Virus record (IMG/VR): IMGVR_UViG_3300049982_000337
Location: 1-64,000 of that record
DNA: 64,000 nucleotides
Reading direction: 5' to 3' (one strand)
Origin: a virus
Lineage: Duplodnaviria > Caudoviricetes
Shown in pieces: positions 25,465-34,199 of the stretch (its first letter is position 1; every line of letters begins with the position of its first letter). The notes under the pieces are model-generated. The model saw only the letters and a program-made list of their open reading frames with translations. It ran no database searches and was not told where the DNA came from. A program made the translations under genes and the position numbers.

Positions 25465-26147
25465 AGCCCCGGATCCTCGACCTCTACTGCGGAGCCGGCC
25501 TTGCCGCAGAAGGCTACGTGCGCGCGGGCTTCGAGGTCGTCGGTATCGATATTGAACCGCAGCCGCGCTACCCGGGCGACCAGTTCATCCGCGCCAGCGC
25601 CCTGGAGCAGGACCTCCGATTCCTGCGCTCGTTCCACGCGATCCATGCCAGCCCGCCCTGTCAATTCGGCTCGGCCATGCGCCATGCGCCGAACGCGAAG
25701 ACCCACGCCAACCTGATCCCGGCGACGCGGAAGCTGCTGAAGGCCTCGGGCCTGCCCTACGTCATCGAGAACGTCGAGCAGGTCCGCCCGCACCTCATCG
25801 ATCCGATCATGCTGTGCGGCTCCATGTTCGGACTGTCGGCCGGCGGTCACCAGCTCCGGCGCCACCGGCTGTTCGAGACCAACTTCGCCGTCCCTGAGAG
25901 GACCTGTCGCCACAAGACCCCCGTGATCGGGATCTACGGCGGGCACGTCCGCAACCGCGCGGCCGGCCACGGAGGCCGAGGCACCGCGGACTTCATCGGT
26001 CAGGACAAGAAGGCCCTCGCGCTCGAAGCCATGGGGCTGACCCGCGAGTTGACGATGGACGAGATTTCGCAGGGGCTGCCGCCGGCGTTCACGGCGTACA
26101 TCGGCCAGCACTTGCTCGCCCACCTCCATCAGGCGAGGGCGGCGTGA
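25461..26147 (+). CDS. C5 cytosine DNA methyltransferase
   Basis: LDLYCGAG motif I, ASPPCQ motif IV, VIENV motif VI, LRRHRLF motif VIII. Confidence 0.88.
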   Translation: MKPRILDLYCGAGLAAEGYVRAGFEVVGIDIEPQPRYPGDQFIRASALEQDLRFLRSFHAIHASPPCQFGSAMRHAPNAKTHANLIPATRKLLKASGLPYVIENVEQVRPHLIDPIMLCGSMFGLSAGGHQLRRHRLFETNFAVPERTCRHKTPVIGIYGGHVRNRAAGHGGRGTADFIGQDKKALALEAMGLTRELTMDEISQGLPPAFTAYIGQHLLAHLHQARAA

Positions 26148-26317
26148 CCTGGTCGCTGATCATCCCACACGGCGCCGAGTTGGAGTTCGCCTGCACGGGC
26201 GCGTTGACCATCAGGCATCCGAAGCTGCCGACCGTCCGCGTCCGCTCTCGCGAACCAGGCCGCTTTGTACTGGGCCCGATCACGACCGAAGGCCAGCGGC
26301 TGGAGCTGCGCCGATGA
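26144..26317 (+). CDS. 57-aa hypothetical protein (not in ORF track)
   Basis: GTGA start and ATGA end fill the gap exactly: MTWSLIIPHGAELEFACTG... Confidence 0.5.
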   Translation: MTWSLIIPHGAELEFACTGALTIRHPKLPTVRVRSREPGRFVLGPITTEGQRLELRR

Positions 26318-27012
26318 TCATGATCGCGTACGCCAGCAGGACCGGAACCAAGCGCAACCTCGCCCTCATGAAGGCCGCCAACCTGATGGCCGGGTCGGCG
26401 GTCTGGCGGCTGATGGTCTCGGCGCGGGGGGTGCTTCGTTCCGAGGGCTTCCGCTACGCCCTCGACAACGGTGCCTGGACCGCCTTCCAGGAATGGCTCG
26501 CCGGCAAGCGTTTGGTGAACCTGCTGGACCTAGTCGCCTTCCTCAAGGCGGTCCGCCTGCTGGGCCGGGATGCCGACTTCATCGCCCTGCCTGACATCGT
26601 CATGGGCGGCGAGGCCTCCCTGGACCTGTCGTTGGCTTGGCTGCGGTGGCTTCGCCGCTGGCGATCACTGCGCGGCGTTCGGTTCATGCTCGTGGTGCAG
26701 AACGGGATGGACGAAGGTCCGATGCTGGCGCGCATCAAGCGGGTGGTCGGCCCCAAGGTGGGCGTCTTCGTCGGCGGCGACACTTCCTGGAAGATCGCGA
26801 CCATGAAGTTCTGGGCCGAGTTCGCCCATGAGCGCGCCACGATCTGCCATGTCGGCCGGGTCAACACCCCGCGGCGCATCCGCATCTGCGCCGACGCCGA
26901 TGTGGACAGCTTCGACGGATCGGGCCTGAGCCGGTTCGCTGTCAACATCCCAGCCATCGAAGCCGCCCGTCAGCAGCCCGACATGTTCGGTCACCGGAGA
27001 TTGGCGGCATGA
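26314..27012 (+). CDS. tRNA-guanine transglycosylase (TGT)/DpdA-like protein
   Basis: ALDNGAW (cf. DSG-x-F), LPDIV, LVVQNG, VFVGG, CHVGRVN, VDSFDGSG in TGT barrel motif order. Confidence 0.6.
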   Translation: MIMIAYASRTGTKRNLALMKAANLMAGSAVWRLMVSARGVLRSEGFRYALDNGAWTAFQEWLAGKRLVNLLDLVAFLKAVRLLGRDADFIALPDIVMGGEASLDLSLAWLRWLRRWRSLRGVRFMLVVQNGMDEGPMLARIKRVVGPKVGVFVGGDTSWKIATMKFWAEFAHERATICHVGRVNTPRRIRICADADVDSFDGSGLSRFAVNIPAIEAARQQPDMFGHRRLAA

Positions 27013-28508
27013 GCACCGAAGTCGACCTCCGCCCCAAGCCGCCGGCCGAGAAGCAGCCCCCTGCCAACATCGAGCTCGAGCAGATGGTGCTCGGCTGCGT
27101 GCTCTACGACAACGAGGCCTATCACCGCTGCGACGGCCTGACCGCGGCCCACTTCTACGAGCCCTTCCACGGCCGGCTCTGGGACGCGATCGCCGCGCGC
27201 ATCGGCAAGGGGAATGCGGCCGACCCCGTTCTGCTCGACGAGACGTTCAGGAACGATGCGGCCTACCAGGAGCTAGGCCACATCCGCTATACGGCCGACC
27301 TAGTCGACCGTGCGCCGCCGGCCGTCCACGCCGGTGACTACGCCTCAGAGATCATCGACATTTCCTTGCGCCGGAACCTTATCCGGGTCTGCGGAGAGGG
27401 AGCGGCCCAGGCCGACGAGGACCGTGACCACACCGGCCGGGAGATTGTCGGGGAGATCGAGCAACAGCTCTTCGCCCTGGGCGAGACCACCAACCGCCAG
27501 GGGTTCCGGTCCTTCAGCGACTATCTCACCGGCGCCATCGAAATGGCCGCCGAGGCGCACCAGCGCGACGGTTCGGTCTCGGGGATCTCCACCGGCCTGA
27601 TGGACATCGACCAGAAGATCGGCGGGCTCCACCCCTCCGACCTCATCATCATCGCGGCGCGGCCGTCGATGGGGAAGACGTCGCTGGCCTGCAACATCGC
27701 CTTCGATGTCGCCAAGCACTTCAAGTTCGAGGTCCAGCCGGACGGCTTGAAAAAGACCATCTCCGGGGGTGTGGTCGCCTTCTTCTCGATGGAGATGTCC
27801 GGGGAGCAGCTGGCCATGCGCCTGCTGGCCGAGGCCTCGCGCGTCTCCGGCGACAAGATCCGCAAGGGGCAGATCGAGAAGCACGAGTTCGGGCACATCG
27901 TCGACGCCGCTGAGATGATCCGGTCGATCCCGCTGCACATCGATGCGACGGCCGGCCTGACCATCGGCCGGCTGGCCGCCCGGGCCCGGCGCCTGAAGCG
28001 CACCGGCGGCCTCGACCTGGTGGTCGTGGACTACCTCCAGCTCATGCGCGGCGACCGCACCTACCGGGGCGGGGAGCGCGTCCAGGAGGTCACCGAGATC
28101 ACGGTCGGCCTGAAAGCCCTGGCCAAGGACCTCAATGTCCCGGTGGTCGCCCTGTCGCAGCTATCGCGCCAGGTCGAGAACCGCGAGGACAAGCGGCCCC
28201 AGCTCTCCGACCTGCGGGAATCCGGCTCCATCGAGCAGGACGCCGACATGGTGATGTTCCTCTATCGCGAGGAATACTACCTGAGCCGCACGGAACCGCG
28301 CGACGGCACGCCTGAGCACATGAAGTGGCAGGACGAGATGCAGCGGTGTCGCGGCCAGGCCGACGCGATCATCGCCAAGCAGCGGCACGGGCCCATCGGG
28401 ACGGTCCGGCTGTCGTTTAACGCGGACACGACGAAGTTCGGGAATTCGGCCCGGCCGACCATCGACTTCACGCAAGCCACCTTCAGGAACCTGGGGGGCG
28501 CCGACTGA
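27009..28508 (+). CDS. dnaB: Replicative DNA helicase
   Basis: PPANIELEQMVLG, AARPSMGKT, VVVDYLQLM, LSQLSR, DLRESGSIEQDAD, IAKQRHGP. Confidence 0.97.
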   Translation: MSTEVDLRPKPPAEKQPPANIELEQMVLGCVLYDNEAYHRCDGLTAAHFYEPFHGRLWDAIAARIGKGNAADPVLLDETFRNDAAYQELGHIRYTADLVDRAPPAVHAGDYASEIIDISLRRNLIRVCGEGAAQADEDRDHTGREIVGEIEQQLFALGETTNRQGFRSFSDYLTGAIEMAAEAHQRDGSVSGISTGLMDIDQKIGGLHPSDLIIIAARPSMGKTSLACNIAFDVAKHFKFEVQPDGLKKTISGGVVAFFSMEMSGEQLAMRLLAEASRVSGDKIRKGQIEKHEFGHIVDAAEMIRSIPLHIDATAGLTIGRLAARARRLKRTGGLDLVVVDYLQLMRGDRTYRGGERVQEVTEITVGLKALAKDLNVPVVALSQLSRQVENREDKRPQLSDLRESGSIEQDADMVMFLYREEYYLSRTEPRDGTPEHMKWQDEMQRCRGQADAIIAKQRHGPIGTVRLSFNADTTKFGNSARPTIDFTQATFRNLGGAD

Positions 28509-29458
28509 TGAGCGCGCCTCCGTACATGAAGCTCTATATCGCCGACTACCTGGCCGACACGACCCACCTCAGCCGCGATGAGCATGGAGCATACCTGCTG
28601 CTGCTGATGGCCATGTGGCGCGCTGGCGGGAAGCTGCCGGCCGGCGACGACAAGCTGGCGAAACTCGCCCGCTGCAGCCCGAAAGAGTGGGTCGCCCTGA
28701 AGGATACCGTCCTGGTTTTCTTCAAACGGTCGGGCAGGAGCATCACCCACAAGCGCATCTCGAAGGAGATGGCCCACTATGAAGCTGTTTCGGAGCGCCG
28801 AAAGGAAGCCGGAAAACGAGGTGGATCGGAAACAGCAAGGAAAAACAACGACAAGGCCCAAGCAAATGCTGCAGCAAACGCGCGGCAATTGCCGACAAAA
28901 CCAGAACCAGAACTAGAACCAGAACTAGAACCAGAGAGAAGGGAAAAGAGCCCTTCTCTCTCCGCCGGCAAGCCGTCGAGAGCGAGCGCCCCGAAACGAG
29001 GTCCGGAAGTCCAGATCCCTGACGGGTTCCCCGGCGCTCCGGACCAATCTCTGGCCGAAGGCTGGGTTGCCGCGGCCCGCGTGACCCTCAGCGTCGGCGA
29101 GCACGCCAAGCGCTTCCGGAACCACGCCGCGACCAACGACCGCCGGGTCAGGGACTGGCCGGCGGCCTGGCGCGCCTGGATCGACATCGAGATCGGCAAG
29201 GCGCCGGCGGTCGCCAACTCGGCGGCCGCTGCGCCCATGGCCTGGAACGGCCCGGCGGACGTCTGGGCCGCCGTCGCCGACGCCATGACCGAGCCTAAGG
29301 CCCGCAGCTATCTCGGCATCTGCACCTGGCAAGAGGTCCCGTTCCAGGCGGTGATCGCGCCGCAGGAATTCTGCGCCGAGCAGCTGACCAAGGGCGCTGG
29401 CCAGGCGCTGGCCGGCCGCGGTGTTCGGATCCTGGTCAAGGCGGGGAGGGCGGCTTGA
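28508..29458 (+). CDS. Replication initiator, DUF1376/YdaU family
   Basis: PYMKLYIADYLADTTHLSRDEHGAYLLLLMAMW; low-complexity PEPELEPE linker. Confidence 0.88.
   Translation: MSAPPYMKLYIADYLADTTHLSRDEHGAYLLLLMAMWRAGGKLPAGDDKLAKLARCSPKEWVALKDTVLVFFKRSGRSITHKRISKEMAHYEAVSERRKEAGKRGGSETARKNNDKAQANAAANARQLPTKPEPELEPELEPERREKSPSLSAGKPSRASAPKRGPEVQIPDGFPGAPDQSLAEGWVAAARVTLSVGEHAKRFRNHAATNDRRVRDWPAAWRAWIDIEIGKAPAVANSAAAAPMAWNGPADVWAAVADAMTEPKARSYLGICTWQEVPFQAVIAPQEFCAEQLTKGAGQALAGRGVRILVKAGRAA
28901..28936 (+). repeat. 6 x 6-bp C(C/T)AGAA tandem repeat in an A-rich part of the initiator gene (candidate ori region)
   Basis: CCAGAA CCAGAA CTAGAA CCAGAA CTAGAA CCAGAG. Confidence 0.6.
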
Positions 29459-29844
29459 CCGATCAACCCGCCAACGTCCCGGCCAACCGGAACACCCTCA
29501 TCGCGGAGCTCTACCGTCAGGGGGAGAAGCTGGAAGGCATCGGCGCTCGCTTCGGGATCACGCGCCAGCGCGTCCTGCAGATCGCCAAGGCTGAGGGCCA
29601 AATCCTTCGCGGCCACGCCCCTCCGAAGCCCCAGTTTCAAAGGATGGGCAGGCTTGGAAACGTCGATCTGGAGGCCCGGAACGTGGTGATCCTGAGCCTC
29701 TACGAGTTCGGCTTTCGGCCGTTGCACATCTGCGGGATCACCGGCCTTACCCGGGGCAAGGTCCAGGGTGTGCTCGACCGGTTCGCGCCGCTGCGCTGGC
29801 CGCGCGGGCACTTCGAGGCCGAAGCCGCTGGAGACCGACCATGA
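29455..29844 (+). CDS. Tandem HTH (sigma-r4/Mor-like) protein
   Basis: RNTLIAELYRQGEKLEGIGARFGITRQRVLQI and RNVVILSLYEFG...GLTRGKVQGVL. Confidence 0.7.
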   Translation: MTDQPANVPANRNTLIAELYRQGEKLEGIGARFGITRQRVLQIAKAEGQILRGHAPPKPQFQRMGRLGNVDLEARNVVILSLYEFGFRPLHICGITGLTRGKVQGVLDRFAPLRWPRGHFEAEAAGDRP

Positions 29845-30053
29845 CCCCCAAGCGCGCCTGCCGCACCTGCTGGTTTTCCGGCATGGAGCCGAAGACCGAG
29901 GCCGACGCATGGCGGCAGAACGGCGCCTTCCGCTGGACTTGCGTCCTCGACCGCAGGCCGAAGAAGCCACCCTACGTCTGCAACGGCCATGCGCCGGACC
30001 AGGAGCGGGCGCCGACCTACCGAGAGATCGAAGTTGCGAGGGCTTTCCGATGA
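29841..30053 (+). CDS. Small Cys-rich hypothetical protein
   Basis: CRTC...C...C; ATGA coupled. Confidence 0.5.
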   Translation: MTPKRACRTCWFSGMEPKTEADAWRQNGAFRWTCVLDRRPKKPPYVCNGHAPDQERAPTYREIEVARAFR

Positions 30054-30247
30054 CGCCGGTCCAGATCTCCCGCGACTTCGCCGACGGCACATCCGAGACA
30101 TGGAGTTGGCGGGCCGCGGTGCACTGGCGAGCTTACGTGATGGAGATGCTCCGCGGGGAATGCGTGAAGGGCAGAGCCGTCGCCATCGCGGTGAGGCTGC
30201 GGCTGTATAGCGGCCAACTCCTCGTGATCCGACCGAGGTCAAAATGA
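30050..30247 (+). CDS. Hypothetical protein
   Basis: Start MTPVQIS at 30050, ATGA coupled. Confidence 0.45.
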   Translation: MTPVQISRDFADGTSETWSWRAAVHWRAYVMEMLRGECVKGRAVAIAVRLRLYSGQLLVIRPRSK

Positions 30248-30519
30248 ACCAGCGCCCTCGCTATCCCCGGACCGGCTGCATCGTCCCGTTCTGCCGGAAG
30301 ACGTCGACGCTGTTCCCCGGTGAGTGGGTCTGCGCCGACCATTGGCGCCTGGTCGACCGCGCTCTGAAGCAGATCCGGGCCCGTCTGATTCGTCGGTTCA
30401 AGCGCCGTGGCTGGATCGACGACCGCCGGCGCTGGCCAGCGGTCAACCAAACCCTCGACGGCGTCTGGCGACGCATGAAACGCCAAGCCATCGAACGAGC
30501 AGCAGGAGCGAGCGCATGA
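30244..30519 (+). CDS. Small Zn-binding basic protein
   Basis: CIVPFC...VCADHW. Confidence 0.55.
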   Translation: MNQRPRYPRTGCIVPFCRKTSTLFPGEWVCADHWRLVDRALKQIRARLIRRFKRRGWIDDRRRWPAVNQTLDGVWRRMKRQAIERAAGASA

Positions 30520-30929
30520 TGAGAATCAAAACGCTGCAAGGCGTCGTCTGGACGCTTGTCGGCCTCGTGCTCCTGGGCGTCTGCATCGGCCTCGCGATCT
30601 TCGCGCCGGCCCGCGCCCAGGAAAACCTGATCCTGTGCGCCTCGCCTGGAATCACCGATGGCGACACCTTTCGTTGCGACGGCAACCTCAAGGTCCGGCT
30701 CTGGGGTATCCAGGCGCCCGAGCGCTCCGACCCAGGCGGTCCGGCCTCGACGCGGGCCCTGGCGGACATCACGCACGGCAGGACACTGGTCTGCCGGCGC
30801 CGCGGCAAGTCCTACGACCGCGTGGTCGCTCAATGTTGGATCGGTGACACCGACGTCGCCGGCGAGATGGTCCGCCGCGGCCAGGCCGTCGACTGGCCCG
30901 AGTTCAGCCGGGGCCACTACGCCCGATGA
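30516..30929 (+). CDS. Thermonuclease (SNase-fold) with N-terminal signal/TM
   Basis: ITDGDTF...VRLWGIQAPE...SYDRVVAQC...MVRRGQA; start at 30516. Confidence 0.88.
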   Translation: MMRIKTLQGVVWTLVGLVLLGVCIGLAIFAPARAQENLILCASPGITDGDTFRCDGNLKVRLWGIQAPERSDPGGPASTRALADITHGRTLVCRRRGKSYDRVVAQCWIGDTDVAGEMVRRGQAVDWPEFSRGHYAR

Positions 30930-31171
30930 TTGCCCTCTTCCTCCCGGCCGAAGGAGCCGACCTAGTGACCGAGTCCCGTCCCGATACCTCGCGGCTCGAC
31001 GCCGCGGCCGACGCCTACGCCGAGGCCAAGCGTGATCTCGACGCCATGATGGCCGCTCCGTTCGAGCAATCGGCCTACGAGACGGCCATCACGAACTGGC
31101 GGGCCGCCCTCGTCCGCCTGGAGCGGGCGGCCATGGCGCGTCCGAAACCCGAGCCGGAGATCGTGACGTGA
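30926..31171 (+). CDS. Hypothetical protein
   Basis: 81 aa, coupled. Confidence 0.5.
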   Translation: MIALFLPAEGADLVTESRPDTSRLDAAADAYAEAKRDLDAMMAAPFEQSAYETAITNWRAALVRLERAAMARPKPEPEIVT

Positions 31172-32343
31172 ACGCGACCGCAATGAGCCATCGGCCCTTC
31201 GTGCTCCGTGTCGGCGACCTCACCGTGGTCATGCCGACGGAAGGCCAGAGGCTGACCCGCTCCATGCTGGACGACCTCGCCTGCGCCTCAGTGCTCGACG
31301 CGGACGGCCGCGAGGGCCCGGCCCGCGAACTGATCGCCCAGCTCGAGCAACGCCTGGGCGTCCACCCCGCCCACCGGGAAGCGCTGGCCAAGACGCCCGA
31401 AGGCTTCCACGCCCGCCTTCGCGAGGAGAAGATGCGCCGCCGGCTGGACGAACATCGCCGCGTCGCCCAGATGAGCGCGCCCCTTCGTGACCCCGCCATC
31501 GTCGAAGCGATCGCGGCCAAGGAGCACCAGGCCCACGACAAGCGGGCCGAGGCGGCCTCGCTCCGCATCATCGGGCCGAAGATCCATCGCAAGGCGGCCA
31601 AGGCCCTGGAATCGCAGGCGCGCGCCCTCGACGAGCAGGCGGCCGAGCTGAAGGCGAAGGAGGCCGAGCAGGACCGGCTCTACGGCGAGGCCAAGGACCC
31701 GATCCTCCGCGCCAAGATGCGAGGCGAGGAGATCGCCGCGGCCGACGTGGAGATGGCCGAGATCCTGACAGATGAATACGGCGCCCGGATCATCCAGCGC
31801 CGCGGGCCCGGGAGGGGGCTGCCGGCCATGAAGTACACCCGCGGCACCAGGGCGAAGAAGTTCACGGGCATCGAGCATGCCTATCTCAGCGGCCATCTCA
31901 AGGGCGGGCCCGGGTCTCCGAGCGCCGAGAGCCTGCGGAACTTCGGGCTCAGCTGGGGCGAGGCCTTCGTGATCGTCTGCGGGCAAGCTGGCAAGGGCGA
32001 GGGTGGCGGAGGAGGCGGCTTCGGCCCCAAGGCGCCCCAGCCGCGCATGGTCGAGGCCGGCGAGGCCAGGAGCATCATGGCGGGCACGATCGCTCGGCCG
32101 GGGCTGGACCTTGTCCGCATGACCCAGCGCGAAGTCGACGTCCTGGACAACATCTGCGGCCGGGACATGATCCTGCGCGATCTGGCGCCGACCCGGGGCA
32201 TGGTCCCAGCGCTCCAGCGCCGCCTGCGTCGCGCCCTCCGGATCGCGATGGCGAACATGAAGGCGGCCCAGGAGCGGGGGGAGGTCGGCAAGGCGGCGCG
32301 CCAGGTGATGGTGGCCGTCGAAGAGTTGGCGAAGGTGAGGTAG
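31168..32343 (+). CDS. Putative late-gene regulator (Q-position, DUF6456-like C-terminus)
   Basis: Last gene of the early-right operon; IEHAYLSGHL...; C-terminal HTH-like MTQREVDVLDNICGRDMILRDL. Confidence 0.5.
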   Translation: MNATAMSHRPFVLRVGDLTVVMPTEGQRLTRSMLDDLACASVLDADGREGPARELIAQLEQRLGVHPAHREALAKTPEGFHARLREEKMRRRLDEHRRVAQMSAPLRDPAIVEAIAAKEHQAHDKRAEAASLRIIGPKIHRKAAKALESQARALDEQAAELKAKEAEQDRLYGEAKDPILRAKMRGEEIAAADVEMAEILTDEYGARIIQRRGPGRGLPAMKYTRGTRAKKFTGIEHAYLSGHLKGGPGSPSAESLRNFGLSWGEAFVIVCGQAGKGEGGGGGGFGPKAPQPRMVEAGEARSIMAGTIARPGLDLVRMTQREVDVLDNICGRDMILRDLAPTRGMVPALQRRLRRALRIAMANMKAAQERGEVGKAARQVMVAVEELAKVR

Positions 32344-32458
32344 GCCCGAAGCTACGATCGCAGTGCCCGCGACACCGGGAAAGTCGTCGCGCGGCTCCGA
32401 ATGACTTGCAGGCGCCCAAGTCTGCACGGTTAAGGTGCGCCCTCAAGGGGGACCGCAC

Positions 32459-33631
32459 ATGGCTAAAGCTGCCGCTTGGCTCGTACTGCCCATGGCAGGT
32501 GGGGGCGATCAAACATTTGCTGATCATGCCGCGCTGATCGCATGGATCGCAGAGGTGCGCAGCAGCTGGGCCCCTCTTCTTGGCAATGTGGGTCGGATAC
32601 GCGGTGTTGAGTTAGGACGGGACCGGCTGAATGGGACGCTGACGGCTATGGCTGGAGCAACTGACCCGGAAGCCATTCGAGGGTCGGTGATTTCGCAGTT
32701 TCCAAGTGGGTGCCCCTTTGCACCAAGCGACGCCGTCCGAGAGGCGATCCGCAAGCGATATTCTGCCGCTGGGACCGGGGCGGAAGGAACTGCGCTAGGC
32801 TCAATAATTTGGGCAGCCATGAAGCGGGCCCCAAACGTACCGCTCGACCTGGGCGAGGTGGGGCATCCCATCTGCTTGGAGACCATTGGCTTCGCAGCGG
32901 CAATCCGGGAAGTGGGGGCTCGCAACAACGGCGCGGTTTTGTCCGCTGCCATATCTAGAGCTTCGACCGATATAGCGGAGCTGCTGGCGGCCGGAAAGGA
33001 AGATGCGGCCGCTCAGAGCAAGGCCTTCGATGAGATGATGGATGAGAGCTTAAAAAAAATAGCCGCCGGCATCTCGAATTTGCACCAAACAATCGGTGCT
33101 GCCCGTGACGAACTCAACACCACTGAAGCTCGCTTTGCAGAAATCATGCGGATGAAGGCGCCTGTCGACTACTGGGCCGCCAAATCGGTGGATCATAGGA
33201 AGTCCGTGCGGGTCTACCGATTTTGGCTCACCGGGCTGACCCTGATGTTTCTCCCGGTCCTAGGAGGCGTCTATTGGGGCGGTTGGCATGCGCTCGATCG
33301 CTACACTACGACACATCCGGCCGCAGCAATCGGGATGACGCTCTATGTCGCCGGCTTCGTCGGTGCGGTTACGGCCGTGGGCCTTTGGTTCATCAGGATC
33401 GTTGTCCGCCTGTACATGAGCCAACACCACTTGATGGCTGATGCTGAGGAGCGCGCCTCCTTCCTCAGGACCTACCTCTCGCTTGCGGAGGGCGGGAATG
33501 TCAGCGAGACCGAACGCGCGTTGGTCCTAGCCTCGGTCTTCCGTCCAGTCCCCGACGGCCTTGTTCACGATGATGGAGCTCCGACGTTGTCACTCGCTTC
33601 GGTTTTCGCCGGCATGCTCGACAAGAAATAG
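32459..33631 (+). CDS. DUF6161-like coiled-coil membrane protein (moron)
   Basis: Coiled coil, two C-terminal TMs, HLMADAEERASFLRTYLSL...VFRPVPDGLVHDDGAP; lower GC; AGGGGGA RBS before ATG 32459. Confidence 0.7.
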   Translation: MAKAAAWLVLPMAGGGDQTFADHAALIAWIAEVRSSWAPLLGNVGRIRGVELGRDRLNGTLTAMAGATDPEAIRGSVISQFPSGCPFAPSDAVREAIRKRYSAAGTGAEGTALGSIIWAAMKRAPNVPLDLGEVGHPICLETIGFAAAIREVGARNNGAVLSAAISRASTDIAELLAAGKEDAAAQSKAFDEMMDESLKKIAAGISNLHQTIGAARDELNTTEARFAEIMRMKAPVDYWAAKSVDHRKSVRVYRFWLTGLTLMFLPVLGGVYWGGWHALDRYTTTHPAAAIGMTLYVAGFVGAVTAVGLWFIRIVVRLYMSQHHLMADAEERASFLRTYLSLAEGGNVSETERALVLASVFRPVPDGLVHDDGAPTLSLASVFAGMLDKK

Positions 33632-33635
33632 ATCG

Positions 33636-33923
33636 CTAGGTCGGTATGCCGCCCGGCGGCAGCGACCCCCGCAACATCATCGTCACCGCGCATTCCACGG
33701 ACCAGTGGATCCGCGTCCCGCGTTCATAGCGGCGGATGGTCTCGCCTGGGTCCTTGGCCTTGATCATCAGGGCGCGGCCCAGCTCGGCGCAGCGGAGCGG
33801 CCGGCCCTTGCCCCACATCTCGCCGAGCTTCCGCCGGGAGGCTCGCAGTTCAGCGGCTGTCATCATGATCGACCCCCGATCTCTGTCACGACGATACGAC
33901 CGTTCGCAGAAAATTTGCAGCAC
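33636..33923 (-). CDS. Small XRE-like HTH protein (start 33923 or 33866)
   Basis: MTAAELRASRRKLG...AELGRAL...GETIRRYERG...VECAVTMML. Confidence 0.7.
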   Translation of the reverse strand: MLQIFCERSYRRDRDRGSIMMTAAELRASRRKLGEMWGKGRPLRCAELGRALMIKAKDPGETIRRYERGTRIHWSVECAVTMMLRGSLPPGGIPT

Positions 33924-33927
33924 CCCG

Positions 33928-33950
33928 AAACCAGGACACTGTCCGGGTTT
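33928..33950. promoter_or_regulatory. 23-bp imperfect palindrome upstream of the HTH gene (candidate operator)
   Basis: AAACCAGGACA-C-TGTCCGGGTTT. Confidence 0.45.
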
Positions 33951-33995
33951 TGCTCCCTAGTGCTTCTGACCAGATATTCGGCATATTTCAGCGGC

Positions 33996-34022
33996 TTGGC
34001 ACGAGCGGCTAAGGCTAAAATC
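33996..34022 (+). promoter_or_regulatory. Candidate late promoter (PR'-like)
   Basis: TTGGCAC-N11-GCTAAAATC, close to the Caulobacter sigma70 consensus TTGaCgS-N11-GCtANAWC. Confidence 0.45.
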
Positions 34023-34123
34023 GTGCTTGGCGGAATGATGCTTGCGTGCGTATCAAGCATCCATGGTGCGTGATTCGCGCCCGACCACAGCCTGAAGCGC
34101 CGACAGATCCGAACTATCAGATC

Positions 34124-34150
34124 GCCCCGCCCGAAAGCGCGGGGCTTTTT
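34124..34150 (+). terminator. Intrinsic terminator (tR'-like)
   Basis: GCCCCGC-ccgaaagc-GCGGGGC-TTTTT. Confidence 0.8.
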
Positions 34151-34199
34151 CGTGCCCGGCCGCCCTCGTCGACCGCGCCACAACTTCCGAGGCCTGCCG

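Noticed and set aside
28901-28936. Tandem repeat as a CRISPR-like array
   Set aside because: 6-bp units without spacers, inside a CDS; no cas genes or repeat-spacer arrays seen anywhere in the window
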